This document shows, piece by piece, positions 44,846 to 54,513 of a stretch of DNA of 64,000 nt. Within the stretch, counting starts at the first letter, position 1; each line of letters opens with the position of its first letter. The DNA comes from a virus (lineage: Duplodnaviria > Caudoviricetes), in the IMG/VR virus record IMGVR_UViG_3300025389_001063; one strand, given 5' to 3'. The position numbers and the translations under genes are program-made. The notes under the pieces are model-generated. The model had not been told where the DNA came from. It worked only from the letters and a program-made list of their open reading frames with translations, and did no database searches.

Positions 44846-47109
44846 TTTTAGAGCCAAGTGAAGACTTACAAATTATCTATGATCGGGCAATAGAGATTGC
44901 TAATTCACACCAACATGAATATCTTACCTTAGAACATCTTGTTTTATCTATTGCTAGTGATGAAAAATTTGCTACATTCTTAAATTCATATTCAGGAGAT
45001 CTAGATTATGTTCGCGTAAATCTAGAACATTTCATTAAAACTAATCTTAATGACATTGTAAATGACAGTAAAAAAATTAATCCTCAAAAAACACAGACAG
45101 TTGATCGTTGTCTTAATAGAGCATTTACACAAGTATTATTTCAAGGTCGTCAAAAAATAGAAGTTAACGATCTATTTCTTAGTATTCTAAATGAAAGAAA
45201 AAGTTACTCAGTTTACTATCTTAATAAAGCAGGGTTTACTAAAGAAAAATTTAGTGATTATGTCGATGAAGAAACAATCCAAGTAGACGACGAAACAGTT
45301 AATCCAGGTCAAGTTGATAAACTATTATCACAATTTACAACTAATATGAATCAACAAGTTCAGAAAAATAAAATTGATCCTGTTATTGGCCGTGAAACCG
45401 AAATTGAAAGTATTATTCTTGCTCTTGGACGTCGTAATAAAGCAAACGTGATTCTAGTAGGTGATCCAGGTGTTGGTAAAACTGCTATTGCTGAAGGACT
45501 TGCCTTTGAAATTGTTAATGGTGATGTTCCAGAATTTATTCAAGATAATACGATTTATAATTTAGATATCGGTGCTATGATTGCTGGATCAAAGTATCGC
45601 GGTGAATTTGAAGAAAGGCTTAAAGCAGTTCTCAAAGCTATCGAAAAGAAAGGTAAGGCAATCATCTTTATCGACGAAGCTCATATGATGAGTGGTGCTG
45701 GATCAAGTAGTAGCAATCCAAATGATATGGCTAATATGTTAAAGCCTGCTCTAAGTAAAGGTGCTATTAAAGTTATTGCTTCCACAACTTGGGAAGAATA
45801 TCGTAAACACTTTGAAAAGGATCGTGCTTTAATGCGTCGATTCCAACGTGTAACTGTTGATGAACCAACAGCAGAAGTTGCTATAGATATTCTTAAAGGT
45901 ATTAAGAAGTATTACGAAAAGTTTCACAAGGCAGAAATTACAGATGCTGCTATCGAGGACGCTGTTAAATTATCAGTTAAGTACCTCACTGATAAGAAGT
46001 TACCGGATAAGGCAATTGATCTTATTGACCTTGCTTGTTCTAGATTTAAACTTGATGCTAGTAAAGCACGAGTTGTTACAAAGAAAAGTATTGAATTTGA
46101 ATTAAGTAAGATGGTTAAACTTCCTATCGAAGCAGTTGCTGAAACAGAAAGCGAAGGACTTGCTAATCTTGAAGAAAATATGAAGCATAAAGTCTTTGGA
46201 CAGGACAAAGCAATCGACGATGTTTTAGATAAAATCTTTATTGCTCGTGCTGGACTTAAAGATCCTACTAAACCAATTGGTAGTTTCTTGTTTGTTGGCC
46301 CAACTGGATGCGGTAAGACCGAGACAGCAAAGCAACTAGCAGATAATCTTGCTGTGAACTTAATTCGCTTTGATATGAGTGAATATCAAGAGAAACATAG
46401 TGTTGCTAAGTTGATCGGCTCGCCACCAGGTTATGTTGGCTACGAAGAAAACGCAGGTATGTTAATCACTAAGGTTCAAGAACATCCACATTGTGTTCTA
46501 CTTCTTGACGAGATTGAAAAGGCTCATCCAGATGTTAGTAATGTACTACTCCAGTTAATGGATAATGGTATGGTTACTGGATCAAATGGCAAGGTTGCTG
46601 ATTGCCGTAATGTTATCTTAATTATGACATCTAATCTTGGTGCCAAGGATAGTGAAAGACAAACTATTGGCTTCTCTACAGAAGAGCGATACAACGACGG
46701 CGAAGATGCGATGACAAACTTCTTTGCTCCAGAGTTTCGCAATAGATTAGACGGTGTTATTAAGTTTAACAAGTTGGGCAAAGAGAGTATGGAACATATT
46801 GTTAAGAAGTTCATTAAGGATCTTAACAACTTGCTTGCCGAGAAAAATGTAAAGGTAGAAGTTAACGATAATGGAATGGCTCTACTCGTTAAGAGAGGAT
46901 TCAATCCAAAGATGGGTGCTCGTCCGTTAGCAAGAATTATTGATACTGATATTAAGAAACCACTTAGTCGAGAAATGCTATTTGGTAAACTTAAGAACGG
47001 TGGCATAGTTGATGTTGACGCAGAAGGAAAAGATGTTATACTGAACTTCAGAGGATCTAATGAGAATACACAAGACGGACAAACTCTTTTACCGCTCTTT
47101 TCCATATAA
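44842..47109 (+). CDS. clpA: ClpA-type two-ring AAA+ unfoldase
   Basis: HEYLTLEHL N-domain, GDPGVGKT, KYRGEFEERLK, second GPTGCGKT, LIGSPPGYVG, LLLDEIEKAH, IGF loop, PEFRNRLD, MGARPL. No ClpB-type coiled-coil M-domain. Confidence 0.93.
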   Translation: MILEPSEDLQIIYDRAIEIANSHQHEYLTLEHLVLSIASDEKFATFLNSYSGDLDYVRVNLEHFIKTNLNDIVNDSKKINPQKTQTVDRCLNRAFTQVLFQGRQKIEVNDLFLSILNERKSYSVYYLNKAGFTKEKFSDYVDEETIQVDDETVNPGQVDKLLSQFTTNMNQQVQKNKIDPVIGRETEIESIILALGRRNKANVILVGDPGVGKTAIAEGLAFEIVNGDVPEFIQDNTIYNLDIGAMIAGSKYRGEFEERLKAVLKAIEKKGKAIIFIDEAHMMSGAGSSSSNPNDMANMLKPALSKGAIKVIASTTWEEYRKHFEKDRALMRRFQRVTVDEPTAEVAIDILKGIKKYYEKFHKAEITDAAIEDAVKLSVKYLTDKKLPDKAIDLIDLACSRFKLDASKARVVTKKSIEFELSKMVKLPIEAVAETESEGLANLEENMKHKVFGQDKAIDDVLDKIFIARAGLKDPTKPIGSFLFVGPTGCGKTETAKQLADNLAVNLIRFDMSEYQEKHSVAKLIGSPPGYVGYEENAGMLITKVQEHPHCVLLLDEIEKAHPDVSNVLLQLMDNGMVTGSNGKVADCRNVILIMTSNLGAKDSERQTIGFSTEERYNDGEDAMTNFFAPEFRNRLDGVIKFNKLGKESMEHIVKKFIKDLNNLLAEKNVKVEVNDNGMALLVKRGFNPKMGARPLARIIDTDIKKPLSREMLFGKLKNGGIVDVDAEGKDVILNFRGSNENTQDGQTLLPLFSI

Positions 47110-47761
47110 AGCAACACTAGCAGGTGATTGGGCCTTTGCGGCCCGTTACTTTAAAAATAAAGATATCCCCCGAATCCAAAGTAAAGATCTTACTGATTGG
47201 GGGAGATCCAATCGTGCTGCTATGCGTTATCCAAATGAAGTTACTAAACTAATCCAACTCCTTTCTCAATATGACCGAGAACAATTGAGAATGAGACAAG
47301 AAGGATATATCCTTAATGTTTTTTTCAAGGATCGCAATATTCTTAATCAACTTCAAGCAGTTTCTAGTGATGAATTTGTTGTTGAATTTTGGGAACCAGA
47401 GAGTGACGACGCACTCAATTATTTGTTAACAAATCAAAGAATTGAAGTTAAGAAAGCACTTACACACGGTTGCCGTTATAAGGTTGTTCTAAAAGGAGAT
47501 GCTGCTAAAATTAGTAATCAATCTAGAATAAACTTTATAAATTTATGCGATAGAAATCCTATACAGTTTAGGTTAACAGAGTCTATGAAGATTGCTATTA
47601 GAAGTAAACCTAAATACTTCTGGGGTACTAGTTATTTCTATGTAAAAGAAGAGAAATTCTTGCTAATGGCACAAATGATTCTGCAACCCATTATCAAGGA
47701 AGTAGTAAAAATTGTAACTTATGATGAAGTCAAACAGGAAGAGGCACTAAATGGCAAGTAA
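47060..47761 (+). CDS. Hypothetical protein
   Basis: 233-aa ORF overlapping the end of clpA. Confidence 0.7.
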   Translation: MRIHKTDKLFYRSFPYKATLAGDWAFAARYFKNKDIPRIQSKDLTDWGRSNRAAMRYPNEVTKLIQLLSQYDREQLRMRQEGYILNVFFKDRNILNQLQAVSSDEFVVEFWEPESDDALNYLLTNQRIEVKKALTHGCRYKVVLKGDAAKISNQSRINFINLCDRNPIQFRLTESMKIAIRSKPKYFWGTSYFYVKEEKFLLMAQMILQPIIKEVVKIVTYDEVKQEEALNGK

Positions 47762-48041
47762 CTTTATTGATCTGGCAAAAATACTCGCAGAGCGTAAACT
47801 TCTGCGTGAAGGCATAACAATATCTGCTAAAGTTCCAGTACGTGGCTTTGGTGGTGCTCCGATGACTGCTATCCGTAAAGGTATGATTACCAAAATAAAT
47901 GAAGATGGTTTTGATGCTTTGTATGAAGATCGCAAGAATAGATCCACTAAGTATGAAGATCTTACCGAAGTTGAAGGTATGGAACTTCCCCGTTACGCAC
48001 AAGCATACCGCGTTAAAGTAGTTCTTAAGAAGCCTAAATAA
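47751..48041 (+). CDS. Hypothetical protein
   Basis: GAGG RBS; 96 aa. Confidence 0.7.
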   Translation: MASNFIDLAKILAERKLLREGITISAKVPVRGFGGAPMTAIRKGMITKINEDGFDALYEDRKNRSTKYEDLTEVEGMELPRYAQAYRVKVVLKKPK

Positions 48042-48052
48042 GCACATAAGCG

Positions 48053-48089
48053 TCTTCCTGCTCTAAAGATAAATATTGGAGCAGGAAGA
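48053..48089 (+). promoter_or_regulatory. Late promoter (GATAAATA 48068-48075) in the loop of an RBS-occluding hairpin
   Basis: TCTTCCTGCTC (48053-48063) is the exact reverse complement of GAGCAGGAAGA (48079-48089), which carries the SD of ATG 48095. Confidence 0.78.
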
Positions 48090-48094
48090 TTCTC

Positions 48095-48508
48095 ATGGCC
48101 GCAAATAGCACAGTAATAATACCATCAACAAGTCACAATTCCACAGACGCTAATCCTATTTCTCTTGTCGGCAGTAAGTATAAAGGTGCTGGCTTTTATG
48201 GGTTAGGCGACGGATTTCATACCGTTCAGATACAAACCACAACATTTTCAGGAACAATTCAAATACAGGGAACACTAGCATCTAATCCAACCGATGAAGA
48301 TTGGATTAATGTTAGGTTTGGTGCTGTTGGTGGATTCGCAGTTGATACTACAGGACTTATTACAACTGGTGAATATTTAGATTTTATTGGTTTAACTACT
48401 GCTTCAGTTAATACTGTTTATAATTTCACAGGTAATTTTGTATGGATTAGAGCCAATATTAGTAATTGGACTGCCGGTACTGTAAATCAAGTGTTACTTA
48501 ATTTTTAA
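48095..48508 (+). CDS. Putative structural protein
   Basis: Late promoter upstream; beta-rich 137 aa; heads the fibre cassette. Confidence 0.65.
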   Translation: MAANSTVIIPSTSHNSTDANPISLVGSKYKGAGFYGLGDGFHTVQIQTTTFSGTIQIQGTLASNPTDEDWINVRFGAVGGFAVDTTGLITTGEYLDFIGLTTASVNTVYNFTGNFVWIRANISNWTAGTVNQVLLNF

Positions 48509-48519
48509 GGGTACTATAA

Positions 48520-50469
48520 ATGACACAACAAATTATTAATATAGGTAGCGGAGAATTAGCAGGTGACGGAGAAACACTTCGTTCGGCATTTTCAAAGATT
48601 AATGAAAACTTTAACGATCTCTATTCGAATGAATTTAATGTAATAGTAAGTGATATTACTCCTAATAATTCAAGTACAGGTGAATTGTGGTTTAGTAGTC
48701 TCGATGGTAGATTGTATGTTTATTACGACACTACTTGGGTTGATGCTAATCCATCATCAAATGTTACAAATAAATTAACTAGTCCAGACACTAGCAAAAT
48801 TGTAGTTTTAGATAATAGTGGTAATTTAACGTTGCCAAGTGGTGGTATTATTAAAAATCACGATGGTACACAATATGGCAGTAGTATTGATACTGGATCA
48901 TTCCATTTTGATGGAAACACTCTAAACAGTAGCGGCATTAGTATGCAGTTAGTACCAGACGACGAAGGTGCTACATATATTGTTATTCCATCAAACGCTT
49001 ATGGAGAATTACAGCCTCTTACTATTGCTAATGGCTTAGGAGAGGTTGATATTGTATCCGCAGGAGGACAGTGGACATTTGGACATGATGGTGTATTAGC
49101 ATTAGCAGGCGATTTAAACTTTATATACGGTGGTGCTATATTTGAAGGCGGACATGGTATAGCAGGTCGTAGTTGGAGAACAGGATTAAACATTGTAGGT
49201 AGTCAGACTACACCAACAGACCCAATACGCATTTATCCAGCAGGCGAAGACGGCAAAGGTTTTGGCATGGGCACAGTCAATGTTAAAAACGATTGTGTTG
49301 AGATTTATGGTAATAATCAAGGCGACGGCAATGGTGTTAAGTGGACATTTGCTCATGATGGTACATTAACATTACCATCTAACGGTAATTTGAATTTTGG
49401 ACAACCTTCTATAAGAGCACCTAATGTTTCATATAAAAACGAATTAATAACATTATATGATTTTCAAAATTTAGGACATGAAATAAATTACGGTATCGGA
49501 GTTGAGAATCACAATATATGGATGGCGGTTGATGCTTCAACAGCAGGATTTAAATGGTATGCTGGTGAAACTTCAATATTACAACTAAACGGTGACGGAA
49601 CTATTTCGTTCTTAAACAATACATTAAAGACACCTGTAAGTTCTGGGGCATATATTGATGGTATATCCTCAATATCTTTAGAAACACCATTTACTAATCC
49701 TTTAATATTTGCGGGACAACCTGCTACATGGGTTACTAATGGCTTAAAGATTGTAATATCTGGAGTTTCAATACCTAGTGAAGTAAATGGAACTTGGTAT
49801 ATTCAAAGTTATAATAGTTATGGATTTAGAATATTCCACGATGCGGCACTAACACAGCCAGTTGACGCAAGTAGTTGGTCAGGATATACTGGCGGTGGAC
49901 AAATTTTTTACGCCCCAACTTCATCAAACCTTAACGTAGATATAAATTCAAATGTTTGGACATTTGGCACAGACGGTACACTTAATCTTCCACTATTAGT
50001 AACTAGTAACGCAATTATTCAAACACCAGGCACTATAACTCTTAAAGCCATAAATGCTAATTTCAACTTTGGGTGGGATGGTAGTTTAACACTTCCTGGA
50101 TTAATTTTAGCCAAACAGGGATTACCAGGTACTAATGCTGGTTATAGTTTCGGCGGTACTGAAGGTGGTAGCGATACTGGTATGTTTAGTAACCAAGATG
50201 GACACTTAAAATTCTACACTAATAATAGATTAGTGTCTGAACTTACAGATAATGATACTCATTTATATGTTTACTCTGCTGATTATAATACTACTTACGA
50301 TTGGCATTTTGATAGAACAGGTGAATTAACCGTACCAACAGGTGGAACTATTTCATATTCACCAACAACTCCAAGTAATTGGAACGGTACCGCACCCACT
50401 ACAATACAAGAAGCATTAGATAGAATAGCCGCACTACTTAAAACACTAAATGGTGGTGTTGGTGCTTAA
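48520..50469 (+). CDS. Tail fibre-like protein
   Basis: gp9-like N-terminus (QQIINIGSGELAGDGETLRSAFSKINENF), GELWF..DGRLYVYY..WVDA and repeated W.F..DG.L.LP motifs. Confidence 0.75.
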   Translation: MTQQIINIGSGELAGDGETLRSAFSKINENFNDLYSNEFNVIVSDITPNNSSTGELWFSSLDGRLYVYYDTTWVDANPSSNVTNKLTSPDTSKIVVLDNSGNLTLPSGGIIKNHDGTQYGSSIDTGSFHFDGNTLNSSGISMQLVPDDEGATYIVIPSNAYGELQPLTIANGLGEVDIVSAGGQWTFGHDGVLALAGDLNFIYGGAIFEGGHGIAGRSWRTGLNIVGSQTTPTDPIRIYPAGEDGKGFGMGTVNVKNDCVEIYGNNQGDGNGVKWTFAHDGTLTLPSNGNLNFGQPSIRAPNVSYKNELITLYDFQNLGHEINYGIGVENHNIWMAVDASTAGFKWYAGETSILQLNGDGTISFLNNTLKTPVSSGAYIDGISSISLETPFTNPLIFAGQPATWVTNGLKIVISGVSIPSEVNGTWYIQSYNSYGFRIFHDAALTQPVDASSWSGYTGGGQIFYAPTSSNLNVDINSNVWTFGTDGTLNLPLLVTSNAIIQTPGTITLKAINANFNFGWDGSLTLPGLILAKQGLPGTNAGYSFGGTEGGSDTGMFSNQDGHLKFYTNNRLVSELTDNDTHLYVYSADYNTTYDWHFDRTGELTVPTGGTISYSPTTPSNWNGTAPTTIQEALDRIAALLKTLNGGVGA

Positions 50470-50501
50470 CGATAAATATCGAATAACAAGGACAACTAAA
50501 G

Positions 50502-52055
50502 ATGGCCATATTAAATTTTCCAAGTAATCCAAATGTAGGAGATCAGTATACTGGCGATAACGGTACTACATATATTTGGGATGGTGTTAAATGGGTAGGT
50601 CATGCTGCTGCTGGAACTGCTGGCACAAATAGCATTTATAGTGGATCAAATGTTTTACAAGTAGATTCAGGTGGTAATCTTATTGCTCCAGCATATACAT
50701 TTCCTAATACAACAGGTACAACTGGACAAGTATTATCTTGGCCCGGTAGCGGAACTACCCTAGTATGGACTACTCAAAGCGGAGGAAGTGGTGGACCAAC
50801 AGATAGATTAATCAGTCCAGATACTACAAAAACATTTATATTAGACAATACTGGCACATTAACATTACCAAGTGGCGGATCCCTAACAAATGACAACGGA
50901 CTATTAGGACCAGAAGGTGGTTATAGTTATATCAGTGATTACAATCAAAACAATTACTTCTATGTAGATGAAAATAGTTCTCAAATTGTTACACTTTATG
51001 GTCAATGGACATTTGATAACGATGGAAATATAACATTACCACTAGTAACAAAAATGAATTCAGGTGGTATTAATACTACCAATTCTGTAGAATTTGGTAC
51101 AGAAGTAGCAACTGATCCTTATCCACCGTTTGGTATTGCTAATATCACTAACAGTGAAATTTATATGAGTGGTGGTTCAGCAGAAAGTCGCATCATCACA
51201 AATGCTAGTACAGGCAGTTTAATTTATACAGGTGTTGAGAATGTTGAATTACCAGGATTTGCTGGTATGGTTGCTATTGATCCAAATGTCGATAGCCAAT
51301 ACAGCATCGATATAGATAGTAATGGAAATATATTATTAGGTGCTGTTCAAGAATATGGTACATTAACATCAACAGATGGATATACAGCAGGATTAGGTGT
51401 TCTTAATTATAATTATACAATAAATGGTATATTGGCTAATCAAAGTATAACAGCATTAACTGGATCAATAGGTATTTCAATGAAGACTGATCGTGGGCAG
51501 ATATGGTTTGGTAATCAACCAGAACCAGGCGGACCTACACACTTCCACATAATGAAAGGTTCGCTTAGTTATGGAAATATGGATCTTATCTTCGGAGACG
51601 ACTTTAACTTCATCAAATTACCTTATTCAGAAGACAATGTAACAATTACAGCAACAACTTCTGGTATTCAAGCAACATGGCAATTTAGTGGGGACGAAGG
51701 TACTTTAACTTTACCAAATGGTTCAGAAATTTATGCGCTCTCTCCTACTAACACCGTTATTGCTGGTCCACAGAATTTCTCAATTTATACAACAGAATCT
51801 CCAGGATGGACTTTCCAAACTGATGATGGTTTACGTTTTCCAGATAATACTGTACAGACTACTGCTTGGGATTATCGTAATTTAGAAAATATTGATATGG
51901 ATGGCGGAGCAGCCAGCACAGTATACAGCGTGAATGTTAGATTTGCTGAAGGTGGTGCGGCTGGTACGAGATTTAGCAACACAGATCCTAACTACAATGG
52001 TGCTAGCGCATACGGTGCTGAACCAGAATTTACTTTAGACGGCGGAAGAGCATAA
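50502..52055 (+). CDS. Tail fibre-like protein
   Basis: LNFPSNPNVGDQY..YIWDGVKW N-terminus, GQVLS, W.F..DG repeats and C-terminal DGG repeats. ATAAATA at 50472. Confidence 0.75.
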   Translation: MAILNFPSNPNVGDQYTGDNGTTYIWDGVKWVGHAAAGTAGTNSIYSGSNVLQVDSGGNLIAPAYTFPNTTGTTGQVLSWPGSGTTLVWTTQSGGSGGPTDRLISPDTTKTFILDNTGTLTLPSGGSLTNDNGLLGPEGGYSYISDYNQNNYFYVDENSSQIVTLYGQWTFDNDGNITLPLVTKMNSGGINTTNSVEFGTEVATDPYPPFGIANITNSEIYMSGGSAESRIITNASTGSLIYTGVENVELPGFAGMVAIDPNVDSQYSIDIDSNGNILLGAVQEYGTLTSTDGYTAGLGVLNYNYTINGILANQSITALTGSIGISMKTDRGQIWFGNQPEPGGPTHFHIMKGSLSYGNMDLIFGDDFNFIKLPYSEDNVTITATTSGIQATWQFSGDEGTLTLPNGSEIYALSPTNTVIAGPQNFSIYTTESPGWTFQTDDGLRFPDNTVQTTAWDYRNLENIDMDGGAASTVYSVNVRFAEGGAAGTRFSNTDPNYNGASAYGAEPEFTLDGGRA

Positions 52056-53119
52056 TGGCAAACAGAATACAACTAAGACGAGATCACAGCACAAACTGGA
52101 CTAGGATAAATCCCGTCCTTAGCGACGGTGAACCAGGTTTAGAAATAGACACTAATAAGGTCAAATATGGCAATGGAGCCACAGCCTGGCGTGATTTAGG
52201 TTATGCTGGTGCTGGGTTTCGCTATGCCCGCATACAAGAAGGAATTCCATCAACACCCTTAACCAGCATCACAGGCATAGATGACGATGGCCTAAGTCTA
52301 ACCAGCAATAATTTCGCACAGTTAATGTGGGTACCTAATACCGATACTGTAACACTAGTTGATATCAACGGAGACACTGGAGGTCCCGCTCATTTCAGTT
52401 GGGCCTATGTGGATGATACGGGATTTAATGTAGAAAACAAGCAACCAAGTTCGAATTTTAATTGGCAGTTTAATTTCGACGGCTCCACGCAGTTCCCTTA
52501 TTATAAATTTCCAACCGCAGATGGTTCGGCCAATCAGGTATTAAAGACCGACGGCAATGGAACATTGAGCTGGACTACTATATCTGCCACCACAAATCAA
52601 CTGGTCAGCGGCAGTTTTACAGTAAGTTTAGATAGTGGCACAGGTGTATTAACCGTACCTGGATTTATGAATTTAACCTACAGCCAAGGTGGCGCCGATA
52701 CAATGAACTTTGGCACAGGCCCTGGAGGTGGAAGTATCAATGCCACGTCAGGCAAAAGCATTTATCTAACCACCAATGGAGGTGACGAACAGTGGGTTTT
52801 TGGCACAGATGGTGTTTTAACTCTAAGCACCTCAAGTACAATCCTAGGTAATAATGTTGATCCTAATGTCTATATCGAAACAGTCAGTGGCGGTACAACA
52901 AATACTTGGACATTTAGTACAACTGGTACATTAACATTACCAGACGGTGGTACATTAAGAATCAAAGGATCACCACCAAACACTAGCAAAGGTGTAGCAG
53001 GTGATAAGGCAGGTATGATAGCATTTAGCACAGGATTTATCTATCATTGTTACAATGATTACACAGACGGTACTGGAGATATCTGGGGTCGCGTTGCTAT
53101 AGATAACGGTACTTTCTAA
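52055..53119 (+). CDS. Fibre/adhesin with an Mtd-N (hyaluronidase-N)-type N-terminus
   Basis: RIQLRRD..NW...NPVL..GE.GLE.DT.K.K.G.G.TAW..L.Y. Confidence 0.75.
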   Translation: MANRIQLRRDHSTNWTRINPVLSDGEPGLEIDTNKVKYGNGATAWRDLGYAGAGFRYARIQEGIPSTPLTSITGIDDDGLSLTSNNFAQLMWVPNTDTVTLVDINGDTGGPAHFSWAYVDDTGFNVENKQPSSNFNWQFNFDGSTQFPYYKFPTADGSANQVLKTDGNGTLSWTTISATTNQLVSGSFTVSLDSGTGVLTVPGFMNLTYSQGGADTMNFGTGPGGGSINATSGKSIYLTTNGGDEQWVFGTDGVLTLSTSSTILGNNVDPNVYIETVSGGTTNTWTFSTTGTLTLPDGGTLRIKGSPPNTSKGVAGDKAGMIAFSTGFIYHCYNDYTDGTGDIWGRVAIDNGTF

Positions 53120-53120
53120 T

Positions 53121-54476
53121 ATGTCAATAACTATTCGTTCAGCACAGACTATACGAAACGGAGTAACTCTGCGGGGAAATAGAGGAGACTATATTTTATA
53201 CCTAGATGCAGCCAATCCTGCCAGTTATCCAGGAACAGGCGGTACTTGGTATGATCTCAGTGGTTACGGACGTGATGCCACTCTAGTGAACGCTCCTACT
53301 TTTAACTACAATTCTATCGATTTTGATTATAACAGCAGTCAATTCGCTGTGATAGGTCCAACCGATATGTTTAGCGGTGGAGATATGACTGCTATTGGTT
53401 GGGTCTATATCCGCAGTTACCAAAGCTGGAGCAGATTATTTGATTTTGGTAATGGCGAACTACAAAATAATGTCTTAATAGCCATCAGTGAAGGAACATT
53501 TGGTCTTCCTGTTTATAGCACTATTGGGGGGGATGACATATACAGTAGTCAAACACTTCCCTTAAATCAATGGGTACAATTAGTGGCTGTACAATCAGGT
53601 TCTAATGGTTTAATATACATTAACGGAACACAGGTTGCTAATGCTACTAACACAGGAATAGCTAGTGTTACAAGAAATTACAATTATATAGGTCGCAGTA
53701 ACTGGCCTAGTGATGCTTATCTAGACGGCAAAGTGTCTAGTCTAAAGATATGGAACCGTGCCCTAACTGTTAGTGAAATCCTAGCAGACTATAATAACAA
53801 TCGACCTACTTCACTTCCTATATTATTTGAACTAGATGCCAAACACTATTCCGGCTCTGGCACAGACTGGGTGGATCTTAGCAACCATGGACGAGATGCT
53901 ACCATATATGGCAATCCTTCCTGGGACAACAGCGATGCGGGTGGCAGTTTCGTCTTTACACACGATACCACTCAATATATTGAAGTACCAGGTAGTAGTA
54001 GCGGTTGGGGGTTAAACACCGCCAGTAACAATCCCAATGCTAGTTTTAGCGTATGGGCCAAGATTTCTCCTTTTGGATATTTTCAACACATTGCTGGATG
54101 GCGTGGTGGACTAAACTTCTGGTTCCTTATATCACCCACTGGCCAAGTAGAAGCCAGATTTGATGGCGGAACACCTCTAGATATAAATCTAGATTATACT
54201 CCCTATTACAACACATGGACTCAGGCTACATTTGTCGTTGATTCTGCTAACAGCCAAACTAGGATTTATATCAATGGTACACTGGTAGGAAGTCACGATA
54301 GCATCACGGGTGTATTTGGAACAGGATCTACTAACTTTAGATTAGGTTGTGATGCTGTGGGTGATAACTTTGCTATGAATGGTAAAATAGGTGGGGCTAT
54401 AGCCTATAGCCGAGCCCTTACACAAGAGGAAATTACCGAGGAATTTAATAGAACCAAGACAAGGTACGGACTATGA
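53121..54476 (+). CDS. Tandem LamG/concanavalin-A-like lectin domain protein
   Basis: Two repeats of L.LDA..SY.G.G..W.DLS..G..ATL...YING......G.I.....RAL...EI...YN. Confidence 0.8.
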   Translation: MSITIRSAQTIRNGVTLRGNRGDYILYLDAANPASYPGTGGTWYDLSGYGRDATLVNAPTFNYNSIDFDYNSSQFAVIGPTDMFSGGDMTAIGWVYIRSYQSWSRLFDFGNGELQNNVLIAISEGTFGLPVYSTIGGDDIYSSQTLPLNQWVQLVAVQSGSNGLIYINGTQVANATNTGIASVTRNYNYIGRSNWPSDAYLDGKVSSLKIWNRALTVSEILADYNNNRPTSLPILFELDAKHYSGSGTDWVDLSNHGRDATIYGNPSWDNSDAGGSFVFTHDTTQYIEVPGSSSGWGLNTASNNPNASFSVWAKISPFGYFQHIAGWRGGLNFWFLISPTGQVEARFDGGTPLDINLDYTPYYNTWTQATFVVDSANSQTRIYINGTLVGSHDSITGVFGTGSTNFRLGCDAVGDNFAMNGKIGGAIAYSRALTQEEITEEFNRTKTRYGL

Positions 54477-54513
54477 ACCTAACTAACATAAATACGAATA
54501 TCGGAGATATCAA

